A stretch of DNA of 64,000 nucleotides, from positions 70,248,001 to 70,312,000 of the forward strand of contig CM052817.1 of assembly GCA_028534125.1 (NCBI GenBank), in the 5' to 3' direction. Source of the DNA: Lama glama. Its lineage: Eukaryota. The notes beneath the pieces were generated by a model. That model was not told the DNA's origin. It ran no database searches and saw nothing but the letters and a program-made list of their open reading frames with translations. The first letter of the stretch is position 1; every line of letters starts with the position of its first letter. The position numbers were made by a program, and so were the translations under genes. Shown in pieces: positions 26,501 to 39,100 of the stretch.

Positions 26501-27734
26501 GCTTCCAAATATGTGAATTCTCCATATGTGGTTCATATTCTTACGAATCCTCCAGATGTGGGTGTGATGGTCCCCCTCGAGTCCAGAAACTTGGGGCCCA
26601 TGAAATACGATCTGTCTTCCCAAACTGTGCTTCGCATTAACACACAGAAAGTGACCCTCACCCTTGGTCAGGGAAAAGCCCCCTGTCTTCCTGGGCGTTT
26701 CAGCAGCAGTGGGAGCAGCCTCTTCTGTGTCCCCGGCTCAGCTTGTATGGCTCCTGGGCTAAGGGTCTGTGTCGTGTCATCCCAGACACCGCAGAGAGAG
26801 AGGAAGAAACTGTCTTCAGCTTGGATGACTGATGGTCTGGGATTATTATTCTTCGGGTTCCAGGACACAGTGCTCCTATTATTTCCAGAGAGCTTTCATT
26901 TATTTTTTCAACATTGAAAGCTCATGCCAGTATGGTGGTCTGAAACCTCATGGCAGCATATATATGAGGCGATCGTATTCCATCCTTGGTTCCCTAAACA
27001 GGGTGCTACTGTTGCAGAAAGGAAGTTCCAGAGGTAACTATTCCCCTGTGACTCTCATGTGGTTAGCGGAACTGTCTTATGCAAAGTAGGCTTTGAAAAG
27101 GTGTTTGCTGGCTGAGATGGAGGGGCTGCCGTTCCCAGCTGGCTTGTTTGTCCGTCCCGGCCAGTATCCTGCCTCTCACAGTGCCAACACCTGATATGCC
27201 AGGAGAAGACAGATCTTTCCTTTAGCTCTCTTTCCATGAACCAAGAGAAGCATCCTCCTCCCACCTCTTTGGCCCTTTCAGAATAGACTGAGGGAGGGAG
27301 GCGTGGGTACGGCAAAAATCGGAGGATGGAAAACCAGCATGGCCCACACGTGCTGGGAGGGGAGGTCAGAAGGAGAGGACCATCTAATGACTTGGTCTGA
27401 TGGGATCGGAGGTGCCGAGTGCCTGACAAGGCTGAGGTGGATTTTATAAATGAGTGAAGAGGGCAAGTGTGAGGCAGAAATACTTAGGGATAGAGACTGG
27501 GGCAAACTGCAAAGGAAACCTCTCACCCAAAGGGGACAGCCACTCCTCAACTTCAGCTCACTGTGTGTGGGAATTCAAGCCTAGTGTGGCAAGCTCCTTT
27601 GGTTTTTAAAGCAAATAATCCATTTTTTTTTCTGGGAAATCTCTGAGATTGTCAACATTAACAACATATGTATTATTAAGTGGTGTACGGACCGAAGAAA
27701 ACACATCTCTAGGACTTTAGATTTCTCTGAGATG

Positions 27735-27900
27735 AGCATTCATTCTACAACGATTTGCTGAGTACTTAGGGTATACCTGGCACAGTGTCCGGAGCAGCAG
27801 ATATAAAAATGCGAAAGACATAGTTCATATTTTCAATGTTTTGTTAAGTGAAGGAGAAAGGTACAGAAACAGATTAATAAATAGAAAGTCCTGGAATGGG
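27735..27900 (-). mobile_element. L2 3' end
   Basis: 'cattcattctacaacgatttgctgagtactta...ctggcacagtg...aagacatagttc'. Confidence 0.65.
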
Positions 27901-28694
27901 GTGAGATGACAAAGATCAGCAGGACAGTAAAGGAAGGGACCATCTCAGTCTCCGAGGTAGGAGGTCGTCAGAATCCATGAGGAGGGTTTTACCTGCTGGA
28001 GCGATGGGAGGGTGGATGAAGGGCCAGCACGGCAGAGGGGCTAGCGTTTCCACGGGCCAGTGTGTGGGACGTGCGCGGCACACTTGGGACACCAGGGGTG
28101 GGCTTGCTGGGCTGGAGTGTGGGGCAAATGGCAGGTGATGAGGCTGGCTCTGCCTGGGGCAGCCTAACTTTTCTGGGTCTCCAGTGGACCCAGAAATGTC
28201 AGAACACACTTCCACTTCCCCTCAGCTCTCACAGGAGCACCCTGGCGGCCTAAAGGACTGTTGGGGAACCCACGTAGATGGGTTCACCTTTATCCACGTG
28301 CAGCCCACATCTGCAGCCATCCTGTCTCTTCTCAGCATTGCACTTCTCGTCCCATTGTCACCGTACCCATAACCGTCAGGCGCTTCAACACCCACCCACC
28401 CGTGCCTGCATCTGTCTGCGGTTGTGGGAGAGTGCCGAACGGCGGCAGGACTTACACCAACAGCCAACATTCTAACGTCAGGTCATTGGTTATCTTGCCC
28501 CAGGCTTGAAAGCAATACACATCTGCCAAACTCATACGGAAGGCCTAAATAAATCTGTGGGTATGATTCGATTTTACTGGTCCTGCCTAATGAGCGGTTT
28601 GGCTTTTGGATTTTCAGTGTCTTGCCTCTGTCCCCCTACCCTGAGTTGTACAGGTCAGCAGACCACTGCCCTGATTGAAACAGATGGATATTGC

Positions 28695-28813
28695 CTATAA
28701 TGAAAAAGAATATGAAAAGGAATATATATATGTATATGTATGACTGAATCACTATGCTGTATGCCAGAAATTAATGCATTATAAATCAACTAAACTTCAA
28801 AAAAAAAAAAAAA
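28695..28813 (+). mobile_element. Young cetartiodactyl-type L1 3' terminal fragment with poly(A)
   Basis: 'cctataatgaaaaagaatatgaaaaggaatatatatatgtatatgtatgactgaatcactatgctgta..ccagaaattaa..cattataaatcaactaaacttc' followed by an A-tail. Confidence 0.85.
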
Positions 28814-30266
28814 GTCCAAATGAGCTAATATGAGGAAAACACTTAGTACCTGACACACAGATCTAAGTGCTAGCTGTTGTTAATGGTAGTTTTATCATTT
28901 CTCATGGCCCCAAGTCAACGAAAAGAACAGGTGAATAAAGTTGTATCTTCAGGTGGCCCACATCCTTCTCCAGCTCTGTATTCAAAATTTGCGATTTTTG
29001 CAGGCGGAATAGATCAGATGAAAAAGCTTAAGAAACATTTTAGCATATAGGCATTGGTGAGTGTGGAATCTTTTTTCCTTTGCACGAACTGCTATGTGTA
29101 ATTCTAGAATTTACTCTCAAATTGGTTAGAATAGGCTTCCTCTCTAGATTGAAGTAATAATAATCTCATTTGCCCCAACTCCAAAGCCCTTTGAAGTTAA
29201 ACATTGAGAGGGAGGATGGCAGACCCACTCAGCAGAGATTAGATCTTGTTTTAAACCCTAGCTGCTCTGAGAATAATTTCCTTAATTAATATTCACCAGA
29301 TATCATACACTTGAGACTGTATTTTCATGTAACCTACTTGCATATAATTGTTCTTCGCTGAGGCTCTGTGCTGCGTTTGTATCTTGCTTTTGTGTCAGTA
29401 TTCAACAAGATCATTTCCATCTAAAAGCGGTGCTGAAGGGGGTGGGAGGCTCGCTGGGTCTCCCCTTCTGTGCGAGCGAGAGCACACATGGACTTTCATC
29501 TCGTTTCTAAAGTTAATATTGTTCTGTGCTTATTCCCATTCTTAACTGGGTGCACATGGCTCCCAGCCCCCTCTCCCTTCTGGAATCAAGGCCTGGACGT
29601 TTCAGGTGCTGCCCTCTCGTTGTCTCATAACACGTGGCAAAGCGTCTATCAGGGCCCCTACGGCTTCTGTGGGCCCAAGGGTCTTCAAGTCTACAAGGCC
29701 CACATCTGCCATCAGTCACAGCCTCTGATGTTACCAGCACCCATCCCGGTCGGGCAGTCACATATCCCCATCTGCAGGGACCTCAGGTTATTCAAGAGTT
29801 GGCTTGCCCACAAGTCGGTGAAAGGGGCTAGAATGACCTGGAAAGAAATCTTTCTGCTTGTCGAATTTCAAAGCCTTACAAGTATCGCATGCAGCTCTGA
29901 GTAATCTGCAAAATTAAGTCTACCTTTTAAATACGTCTTTTAAGAGGTGTAAACAGATTTGCTCATTCAAAAGTCAGTTGGTCTTCTACATTTGCAAGCA
30001 AATGCCTCTGATAGTAAAAGAGCACCCCGCCACACACACACACTAACTAGCAGAAATATTTTTTTGCTTGTTTGTTTTGTTTTCCTAGATGTGGTACATA
30101 ATTTTTTAAATAGTTAATAACAATTCTGTCATCAAATAATCATTGGTTGAGCTAACTCTAAGGGCAAATCACATTTCCTAATATAAAGGTGCAAAATACT
30201 TGAATACTTACATATAATGTGTATGTTATCATATATCTTAAATATACTATATATTACACATGTATA

Positions 30267-30733
30267 TGCCATCTACAGAATGTCACTAGCCATCCGGCCC
30301 TACAAGGATGGAGTCAGTAACCCCTGCAGTCACTGACCTTTAACACACCCTGAAAAGAGTTCAGGGCAGAGATCAAGAATGAGGTGCTCTGTGTTCTAGG
30401 AAAACTGGCAGAATAGGCCTTCAGATGGTTAGATGTTTTCAGGAGAAAATTCTATGAACCCAAACTCTTGTACCTTCCCATACTTAGAAAAGCACTGAAG
30501 CTGTTAACAAAGATGCCTGTTCCTCGTGACCAGCAGCAGCCTTCCACTGAGATGTGCGTGTGTTTGCTGGTGCGCCTTTGCTGAAGTCACACATACACTG
30601 ACCTCCCCTCTTACGTCTTTGGAACAGTTTCTCAGAACTGAGAGGCTGTCTCCCAGGCTCTGGTCCACGGTGAGACACTGAATAAACTCAACTCATAGCT
30701 TTTATGCTGTGCATTTTTTTTAAAAAGTCGACA
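30267..30733 (+). mobile_element. ERV1-like solo LTR (~467 bp)
   Basis: TG...CA termini (tgccatctac...gtcgaca), AATAAA at 30681-30686 about 50 nt from the 3' end, and near-TSD tata/tatg. It interrupts an AT-rich tract, and its sequence resembles cetartiodactyl ERV1 LTRs as I remember them. Confidence 0.75.
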
Positions 30734-31209
30734 TATGTATATTCATCTATCTGTCTGTCTGTCTATCATCTACTTACATACATACATTTCCCTTCCAAGA
30801 TCAATAACTGCAAGACCAGACTTCTTTAGTGCTGTTGGATTATGAAGTCTTACGTGGTAGGTATCAAATATTTTCAAGATTTTTTGCTTGTCTTATACTT
30901 TCTTGATTGCTAGGTTCACTTGGAGCATAATATCGCTAATAATTCCCTCTCTGAAATCATCACCCACCTAGGGGTTGCATGGGGGACGTGACCTAGAACT
31001 GTGTGCACTGGGCTGAAGCTCACAGCTGTCCAAGTTTGCCTTGGGCGCTGGCAAAGAGTCGCTACTCCTTGCTGCCCGGGCTCCTGAAGCTTCACTGCAT
31101 TAAGCCCTGGCCCTTTCTCTGTGACAGGATCTCCTACTATTCGCCTGTGTGGCCACTAAAGTAATCCTCCACCATTCCCAGACCTGCCCAGGTAAGTGTT
31201 CAAGTATCA

Positions 31210-31950
31210 TGTGCCAGATAGTTCACAAAATAAGAAAATACAAGCAACTGAAATGGAGGAACATTATTCGTTCAGCCTCACTCAGCTGAGATTCAAAGTG
31301 TCACCAAGCAGACTGTCAAAGATTTAAAACTTGACAGCGTGGCATGGAGAAAAGTCTGAGGAGGGGGCACTCTCCTGTATTCCGGGGGAGAGTGGAATTG
31401 GTACAAGTCCAGTGGAAAACGATTTGGCAACATCATTAGAATTATAACTGCACACGTGTTTTGACCAGCAATTCTAGTTCTAGGAATTTATCCTGTAGGT
31501 ATGTTCTCACAGGAGCTACATGATGTATTCAGATTTTTCATCGCAGCATCATTTGTGATGGAGGTTGGGATCAAGAGTAAGGGACTAGTTAAATAAACTG
31601 GAGGGCATCTGGCCAAACAACTGTAACGTGGCTACAGAAGAGAATGAAGAGGTGCTTTTCTGATCTGGAGGATCTTGAAGATATTCTTATAAGGGGAAAA
31701 AAGCAGAGGATAAGTGTGTGGGTTGAGTAGGGGATGGAATATAAATACATAATCACTTGTAGGTACACAGAATATCACTGGAAGGATTCTCAGGGAAGTA
31801 ATTACACTCGTTCCTGGGAGTGGGGGATGGTGCTGTTGGCTTTGGGGCCAGATTGGAAAAGAAACTGTCACTGTTTGCCCTTCTGTTACTTCTGGGTTTT
31901 GAAATATATGAAAGTTTTACCTACCAAAAATAGTAAGTGAAATAAAAATA
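31210..31950 (+). mobile_element. Old L1 (L1ME-like) ORF2 end and 3' UTR
   Basis: 'gcactctc...aattggtacaa...tggaaaacgatttggcaacatc...ttttgaccagcaattctagttctaggaatttatcct' is the conserved L1M ORF2 C-terminal region. Confidence 0.8.
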
Positions 31951-32029
31951 CAGCCACCAAAATCATGCACACATCTTGCATGTTCATTTCTCTGATGCAC
32001 AATTACTTGAAATGTGGTAAAACTAGAGA

Positions 32030-32200
32030 AAATAGAGGAGAGAAATCAAAATTATTAAAGGACTTGAGGGAAATGGCTCTAAGAACTGAAATCATTTCGG
32101 AAAAAAAGAGGCCAGAGGAAGATTTAATAATAGTCCTGAAGTACCAAGAAGTAAGTTGAGGGGACAAAAAGTTGCTGTTCTCCTGGGCTGAGTGTTACCA
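32030..32200 (+). mobile_element. L3/CR1-like relic
   Basis: 'gaaaaaaagaggccagaggaagatttaataatagtcctgaagtac' resembles the CR1 3' motif (ggagaagagaaggctgaggggagatttaatagcagtcttcaaata). Confidence 0.4.
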
Positions 32201-33392
32201 TTAAAGTTTTGAATGAGAAAAATATAGATGTGAAACTCTAAAATGAAGTACCAGATCATCATGTGCAGATTCCCTAAAGGAAAAAAAAATTAAGAATTGG
32301 CTCTACAGTTCTTGAACGCCTTCAGCCAGATTGAGGCTCAAAAGGAGCTAGGGTGTGTAGGTCAGGAAAAGGAAGTATTTGTAAGGAACTTTCCGTTCAA
32401 GGCAACTGTTGATACACTGTGATCCCCACTCACTTCAAGTAGGGGTGCGTCCAACCTTGCTGGATTTTTCAGAGGGGCTGCCAGGAGATGGGTCAGAGGA
32501 CAGGATGGACTTGGGTCTGGTCCTGGGGGAGATTTAGAGGAGAAGAGGAGGTTGGTGAATGGCTTTGATGGCAGACTCAGGAGCGTAATGCTGAGCTGGG
32601 AATTTCTCAGAGTGAAAAACACATGAGTGTCTTGCAGGGACTAGATGAGGACCACATCTAAGAGGAGGAATGCCCTGTAACCTTCACAAATCCTGCACAA
32701 GAGGACTAGCCAGGCGAGTGAGAGGACCCCAGCTGCAAACCCACAGGGGAAGGCTGCAGAGGAGTTGCAAGAGGGCGGATCCAGGGATGGGAATCTTGGA
32801 AAGGGTGGGCGTCAATCATCTGCTAGTGTCAGAGAGTACAAAACCAGTGACCAAAGAAGGACTGTTCTGTCTGCTTTCCTGGCCTATCGTGCCCCACTGT
32901 CACCTAGCTAGCGTGAGTGGCTAGGAGTGGGAGGGGAGGTGGCAGAGAGGTGAGCAGAAGCCCCCTGCTGCTTCCCTCCCCTGAGGCCAGCAGCTTCAGC
33001 CAGAGGCCTCAAGAATCAAGAAGAAGAAAGAGGGGGCACAGCCTGGTCTTCAATGGAAAACCCAAAAGTTGGTTATCACCTTTGCCTGGATATGTTCTCT
33101 TTACTGTTTTGAGGCTTGAGCGTGATTTGTTATTCCAGAATGAGCAGAAGAGCCACAGGGCCTGAGTCTTCATCAAGGGGCAGAGGAGTGGGTTTTAAAG
33201 AAGACAAGATTCAAGGAGACAGAAATTTTAAAGGATAGATAAGAATAAGGTCAAGTTTAGGTTCTCTGCCATGGGTCATGTATCCGGCACACTGGAGAGT
33301 GAGACATCAGCGCATGAAGGTGAGGTTTATTTTCACAAAACCCGAGAAATTAATATAAAGTGCTGTGAGAGATCTGGAGGCAGATTGGATAC

Positions 33393-33445
33393 TTTCTTGC
33401 TCTAAAATTTCTTGCTCTAAAATTTGCTTTCTTGCTCTAAAATTT
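33393..33445. repeat. 15-bp tandem repeat (tttcttgctctaaaa) x3
   Basis: Units at 33393, 33408 and 33428, with a 5-nt spacer before the third unit. Confidence 0.9.
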
Positions 33446-33522
33446 ACAAGATAGAAACTTGCTTCCTGTGGAATGTTGTGGAACCTTTCTATTTTCTTTT
33501 TTTAAGGTACAACTTCACTAGT

Positions 33523-33622
33523 NNNNNNNNNNNNNNNNNNNNNNNNNNNNNNNNNNNNNNNNNNNNNNNNNNNNNNNNNNNNNNNNNNNNNNNNNNNNNN
33601 NNNNNNNNNNNNNNNNNNNNNN
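33523..33622. other. Assembly gap (100 N)
   Basis: Exactly 100 N, the usual placeholder for a gap of unknown size. Confidence 0.99.

Positions 33623-33678
<56 letters not shown>
33623..33678. repeat. (AT)28 microsatellite abutting the gap
   Basis: Directly visible. Confidence 0.98.
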
Positions 33679-33680
<2 letters not shown>

Positions 33681-34329
33681 AAATCCTATTCTAAGCAGTG
33701 TGTGGAAAAGTCAGGAAGCAAAATGCTGGGGAGTGCTGGTCCAAGTTACCACAGAGGCAGGCTGTAGAATTATCCTGATTAGTTCAGAATAGTCCACAGA
33801 TTTGTGACAGTTTTCTAAATGATAATTCCAATCGATTGGGTCTAATGGTTGGCTCAGAAATAAAGGCAGAAAGCTGCAGTGTAGGACTCCAAAAAAAGCA
33901 AAGCTTTAAAATAAAAAGAGAAAAGTGAAAGAGCAGAAGGAAGAAGGAAAGAGAGAAAGAAAGAAAAATGAAAGAAGGAAAGAAAGATGGGCTCCATACA
34001 GTAAGATATAAATTGTGAGCACCCTGGGTCCTAAATTTCATTTTGATGGTTGGTGTTACCTTATGAGACACTTGGATTTGCACTGTTGGTTTAAAATATT
34101 AATTAAGCTCTTCTGACTCAGTAATTCTGGACCTCTAACACACAATCATTGTTCAGTTTTCCCTGTTATACATTAGAATGCACAGACACTATGATTTTAT
34201 TTAGCCAATTTCAAGATTAAAGATTTCCTTAATTGTAGTCTTCCGTTAGTTCTTTGTAGTTGCTAAAACTGCATGTTTTATAGCTCAAGGGAAAACTTGT
34301 ACTATTTGAGTCCCTGTTAAAAGTAAACC

Positions 34330-36615
34330 ATGGGCTTCCGCTTCCAGGAAGATAGAGTAGACATGCTTCTCCCGATTCCTCCCACTGAGTACAGCTGGAA
34401 CCCTCGGCGTTGTATGTACAGCAGATGGAAGACGATGCTGAGAGGTGGGGAGACAGGAGAGCAAACCAGCTAAGGAGTTTGGGGCCCCAGAAACAATGCC
34501 GTGGTGAGTCCCTGGGTTTTCTTTCTGCCTCATATATCCTAGACTTGGGGCTGAAGAAGTCGGCAACTGGAAATACCAGTGGGCACAGACCAAAAAAAGC
34601 CCCAGCATAAGTTGCCTCTCTCTAACCAGCAGACCGGGAATGGGCAGTGTAGCAGAACAGAAAACTTTTAGACAATAACTGCTGTGCTCCAGCCAAGAAC
34701 CACGGGGGAGAAAACAACTGTGGCCCTCACCTCCCCCCACAGTAGTCTAGGCTGAATGGAGAGCCTAGGCGTCCACTCTCACCAAGCTATGATGAGGTGC
34801 CCTAACCCCTGTGCCAGAATGGTGCCAGGGAAGGCCAAGTGGGGAGTCAGGACTTTCTCCACTGCCCACAGGTAGCAAGGCCACTACCCCAGTGCCGTCA
34901 GTGGAGCCCACGTGGAGAGCAGTAGGAGGCACTCCTGGCCCGCGCAGGCAGGCACCAGTGGAGGCCTAGTGGGGAGCACAGCTCCGCCCCTGCTCAGCAA
35001 TAGCGAGGAGCACCCCAGCTTGAGTGTCAGTAGAGGCCAAGAGGGAAACCTGGATGTGTACCCCTGCCTCTTCTCCTGCCAGAGAGGGGTCACGGGCAGC
35101 TAAAATAGAGGTTTAAATAAGATCCGGTGTCTCATAATATAATGCCCTATATGTCTAGGTTTTAATAGAAAATCGCTATCTTTCTCCTCTGTCTTTAATA
35201 GAAAATCACTCCCTGTATCAAGCTCCAGGAAGATTTCAAACTGAATAAGAAAAGACAATCAATAGATGACAGCACTGAGATGACAGAGATTCAGACTTAT
35301 CTGACCAGGTTTTAAAAGCACCGTCATAAAAATGCTTCGATGAGCGATTATGAACATGCTTAAATCAAATGGGAAATAGAAACTCTCCAGAAGGAGAGAG
35401 AAGATACAAAATGAACCAAGTGGAAATTTAGAAATGAAAAGTACAGTAGCCAACAACCACCACCAAACCCAACGGATAGGCTCAACAGCAGAATGGGGAG
35501 GACGGAGAAAGGAACGGTGAACTTAAAGATCAAATAATAGCAAGTATCCAATCTGAACAGCAGAGCAAAAATAGACTGAAAAAGAAGAAGAAGGAAAAAA
35601 ACCCCAGCACTTCAAGGACCGGTAGAACTGTAAACAAAGATCTAATATTCTTGCCGGCAGCGTTCCAGGAGGAGAGGAGAAAAATGGTGAGGCTGAAAAA
35701 AACTTTTTTAAAAAAGGTGAAAACTTCCCAAATTTAGTGAAAGACATAAATCTGTAGATTCAAGAAGCCAAGTGAAACTCAAATAGAATCCCCAAAGAAA
35801 CCTACACCAAGTCTCATCATCATCAAACTTCTGAAAACAAAGCAAAGAAAGAACCTTGAAAACAGCCCAAGAGAAACAAAACCTTACCTCTAGTGAGTAG
35901 AAGAACAATTCCAAAGACAACCTTTAGATCCACCCATTATGAAATACAATTTTATTCTACAAAGTGTTTCTCAACTGCTGGGTCTACGGTATGACCCAGC
36001 AATTACTCTTCTGGGCATTTATCCCAGAGAAATGAAAACTTGTGTTCACATTAAAAACCTGTACATAAATGTTTATAGCAGCTTCATTTGTTAAAAACCC
36101 CAAACTGGAAGTAACTCAGATGTCTTTGTACAGGTAAATAGATTAACAAACACTGGTATAACCATACCGTGGGACACCACTCAACAATTTAAAAAAAAAA
36201 AAAGGACAAACTATTGATACACGCCTGGATGAATCTCCAGGGAATTATTCTGAGTGAAAAAAGCCAATCCTCAAATGTTATATACTGTATGATTCTATTT
36301 ATATGACATTTGGAAATGACAAAATTATGCAAATGGAAAACACTGGTTGCCAGGGGTTTCTGAAGGGGTTGTCATGGAAGGGAAGTGGATGTAGTTATAA
36401 AAGGGCCACATGAGGGGTCCTTGTAGCTATGGAAATGTTCTGTCTCTTGACAGAACTGGATGAATGTCAGCATGCCGGCTGCGATACTGTGTTATAGTTT
36501 TGTAAGATGTTACCATTGGGGGGAACTGGATAAAGGGTACACAGGATCTCTCAGTATTATCTCCTGTAACTGTTCATGAATCTGCAATGCTCTCAAATAA
36601 AAAGTTTACTTAAAA
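34330..36615 (+). mobile_element. Old L1 (L1MD/L1MC-like): 5' UTR, decayed ORF1, internal deletion, ORF2 end and 3' UTR
   Basis: 5' end 'cttccgcttccaggaagat...'. A-rich ORF1 remnants at ~35260-35910 ('aaaacttcccaaatttagtgaaagacataaatctgtagattcaagaagc'). From ~35985, 'atgacccagcaattactcttctgggcatttatcccagagaaatgaaaact' runs through the 3' UTR to 'tcaaataaaaagttt'. Confidence 0.85.
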
Positions 36616-37477
36616 TCCAAATGTATTATGTCATATATGCGTGGTATATAAGCTCCCCAAATTCTGGTGGGCTGCACATCCAGCTTAATAGAGGTTACAT
36701 CTAGGGAGGTGAATGAGTGTCTCTGAGGGTTGGGGGAATGAAGAGGACTCTTTCCGTTTTATTCTCTTACGAATTGTGTGAAAATAAATTTCTTAACATG
36801 AACATGCATTGCTTTTCTAATGAAAGGAAACAAGTTAATAAAATTTTAAAAAATTAAACCACATTCACTTGTGATTACTTAAAGAGGATCTTCTCTATAG
36901 TTCCCCATGTTAAAAAAAAAAAGTTTCTTGGCACAAACATACCTGATATTTAGGAAATATATTAAGTTCAGTCTTTTACAGAAGGAAAAATTTTAACTTA
37001 GTCTTTCTAAAGAGAAACACACTGCAAAACTTTTAGCTCACAAGATCCACCTATCATGAAATATAATTTTATTCTACAAAGTGTTCTCAGCTATTTCAAC
37101 ACAATCTGACACAAAGGTGATTTAATATATTCCAGGGTCCTCTCTCTTGTTCACTAATGGTAGTGGAGGGTACAGTCAACACACCAAGATTCCCATGGAT
37201 TGCAGTGCCAGGGGACTGGGTGCCCAGCCGTCCCTGAGAAAACTAACCACTGGAAACAGCCCCGCTAAGGGGCAGGAATGGAAGCTGGTCAGTCATCCTG
37301 GGCCCAGGTGACCAGAAGACCCTGACTGTTCTCCTCTTAAGAGGATACTTGAACCATGACAAAGACACATCTTAGATGGGGAGGTCATCCTGCTGATCCA
37401 GGAGAAATGAAGGAGATTAAATCAAGAATATTCTTGGATAGCTTTCTTCCAATGAACCCCAAATAATAAATTTACTG

Positions 37478-37690
37478 GTTACTGAACACCTACTATGTGC
37501 CAGGCACTGTACTCATTCCTAATTCTTCCGAAACACATAAGGTAAGAGTCGTACGAGATTTGAAGGTAAAGAAGAAACTGAGGCTCAGAAAGGTGAAATA
37601 ACTTGTCAAGATCGCACAAGTGGTGAGACCAGGTCAGTGTTTGAGCCCAGGCCTGCCTGACATCAGAGCCCGTGTTCCTAGTGTTCTCCA
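37478..37690 (-). mobile_element. MIR SINE
   Basis: 'ttactgaacacctactatgtgccaggcactgt...gaagaaactgaggctcagaaaggtgaaataacttgtcaagatc...tttgagcccaggcctgcctgac'. Confidence 0.85.
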
Positions 37691-37894
37691 AAGCCACCGC
37701 TCATGCCAACGCAGCAGGACTTCGGGAGGTATGCTGTTGTATCACTGATAGAATAGATCGCTAATATCCTTCAGTCTTTCCTCACCTGAGAATGTAACCA
37801 GCCTAGACAGCAACCTCCTCAGACTAGAAAACCTTGACTCTTCTTTTTCCCCATTTCCTTTGGCTGTGCGCTACCTCTGAAAACATACAGTCCC

Positions 37895-38440
37895 CAAATC
37901 ACAGAATGTCAGAGCTGGAAAAAGCCCTGGAGAGCATCAGTTTCTCGGTAGAAATAGGCCTGTTAAGAAACCTGTAGACCTAAGATAGTGCTTACCTGAC
38001 AAGCTCATGATAGGAAACCAAAGTCAGAGAGGTACCTGATGTCCTCAAGACCGCGCAGCTAGCTAATGGCAGACAAGACGTGCACTTGGACACACCGAGC
38101 CCAAACACCAAGTGAACTTGTAATTGAGCACAGGGTTTTGGAGAAAACTCCACCAAAGAATCACGTTCAATGACGACTTTAACCACCAGATCCCTCATAC
38201 TTTTCTAGAGTGTGTCTTACTTAATCTGAATGTCAAAGGGATAAATACTCCGCGACTCCTGCTTTACAATTCAGCAAGCACTTACCCATCATCTTAATCA
38301 TTACAGTAAATACTGCTGTTGGCTAGAGTAAATGGTATTTTCATTACACGAGTCAACCAAGGTTAGTGAGATAAAGTGATCTGCTTGAGGTAACAGAGCC
38401 ACCAAGTAGGAGAACCATGACCCCAAGTTATCTCGTTCTC
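37895..38440 (-). mobile_element. MIR fragments
   Basis: 'aatcacagaatgtcagagctggaaaaagccctggagagcatc', 'gataggaaaccaaagtcagagaggt' and 'ccaaggttagtgagataaagtgatctgcttgaggtaacacag'-like segments. Confidence 0.55.
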
Positions 38441-38499
38441 TAACACTAAACTGCCAAATGGTAATTTTTAGATTGTTTTCAATACACCCTTTGTTCCGT

Positions 38500-39100
38500 A
38501 TATTTGATTATGAAAACTTAGATATTTAAAATGAACATTTTTCTTACTATAAAAGCAATAAATGTTAATGGCAGAAAACTTAGAAAATAAAATAAGGCCA
38601 AAGAAAAGTCACATCTAATCTCATCTTCCAAAGAAGTCATCGTTACGATTTTGTATAAATCTTTCCAGTCATTTATCCGTGCCTGTATGTGCTAGAACAA
38701 AACAAAGACCAAATGGGATCACGGTGTGAGTGTTGTTTTAAGACTTTTTCCCTTTTTTTATCATTAGACAGTAAACATTTTTTTTCCGTGTACTTAGTAT
38801 TCTTCCACATTATATTCGAAAGGGTCGTCATATTCTGTTGCATGAATGCACCGTAGCTCAACTAGTTAATGTCCTATTGTAAAACAACCAGTTGTGTGTA
38901 GTTTAGAGACGTTTTTGGTTTTGTTTTTTGCAGTTATTTGCCATGTTCTGGTGAACATCCTCGTAGTTAAATCTTTGCACGCACCCATGATGATTTTCTT
39001 TGAATAAATTCCTAGAACTGGATTAAAAAAATTGTTTTCGGTCAAAAGCCTTGCAGAACATTAAAGCTTATGAGATGTATTTGGACAGTCCAAATTAAAA
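38500..39100 (-). mobile_element. Old L1 (L1ME-like) 3' region, antisense
   Basis: 'gtgaacatcctcgtagttaaatctttgcacgcacccatgatgattttctttgaataaattcctagaactggatt' is the antisense L1M ORF2 end. Confidence 0.7.

Noticed and set aside
26336..26917. 193-aa ORF on the + strand
   Set aside because: Begins inside a MIR (CSFAICKMG is the translated MIR core) and shows no homology I recognise.
33393..33445. Short spaced direct repeats as a CRISPR-like array
   Set aside because: Mammalian DNA, 15-bp units with no unique spacers and no cas genes. This is simple slippage duplication.
33424..33792. 122-aa ORF with X and IY repeats
   Set aside because: Artefact of translating through the N gap and the (AT)n array.
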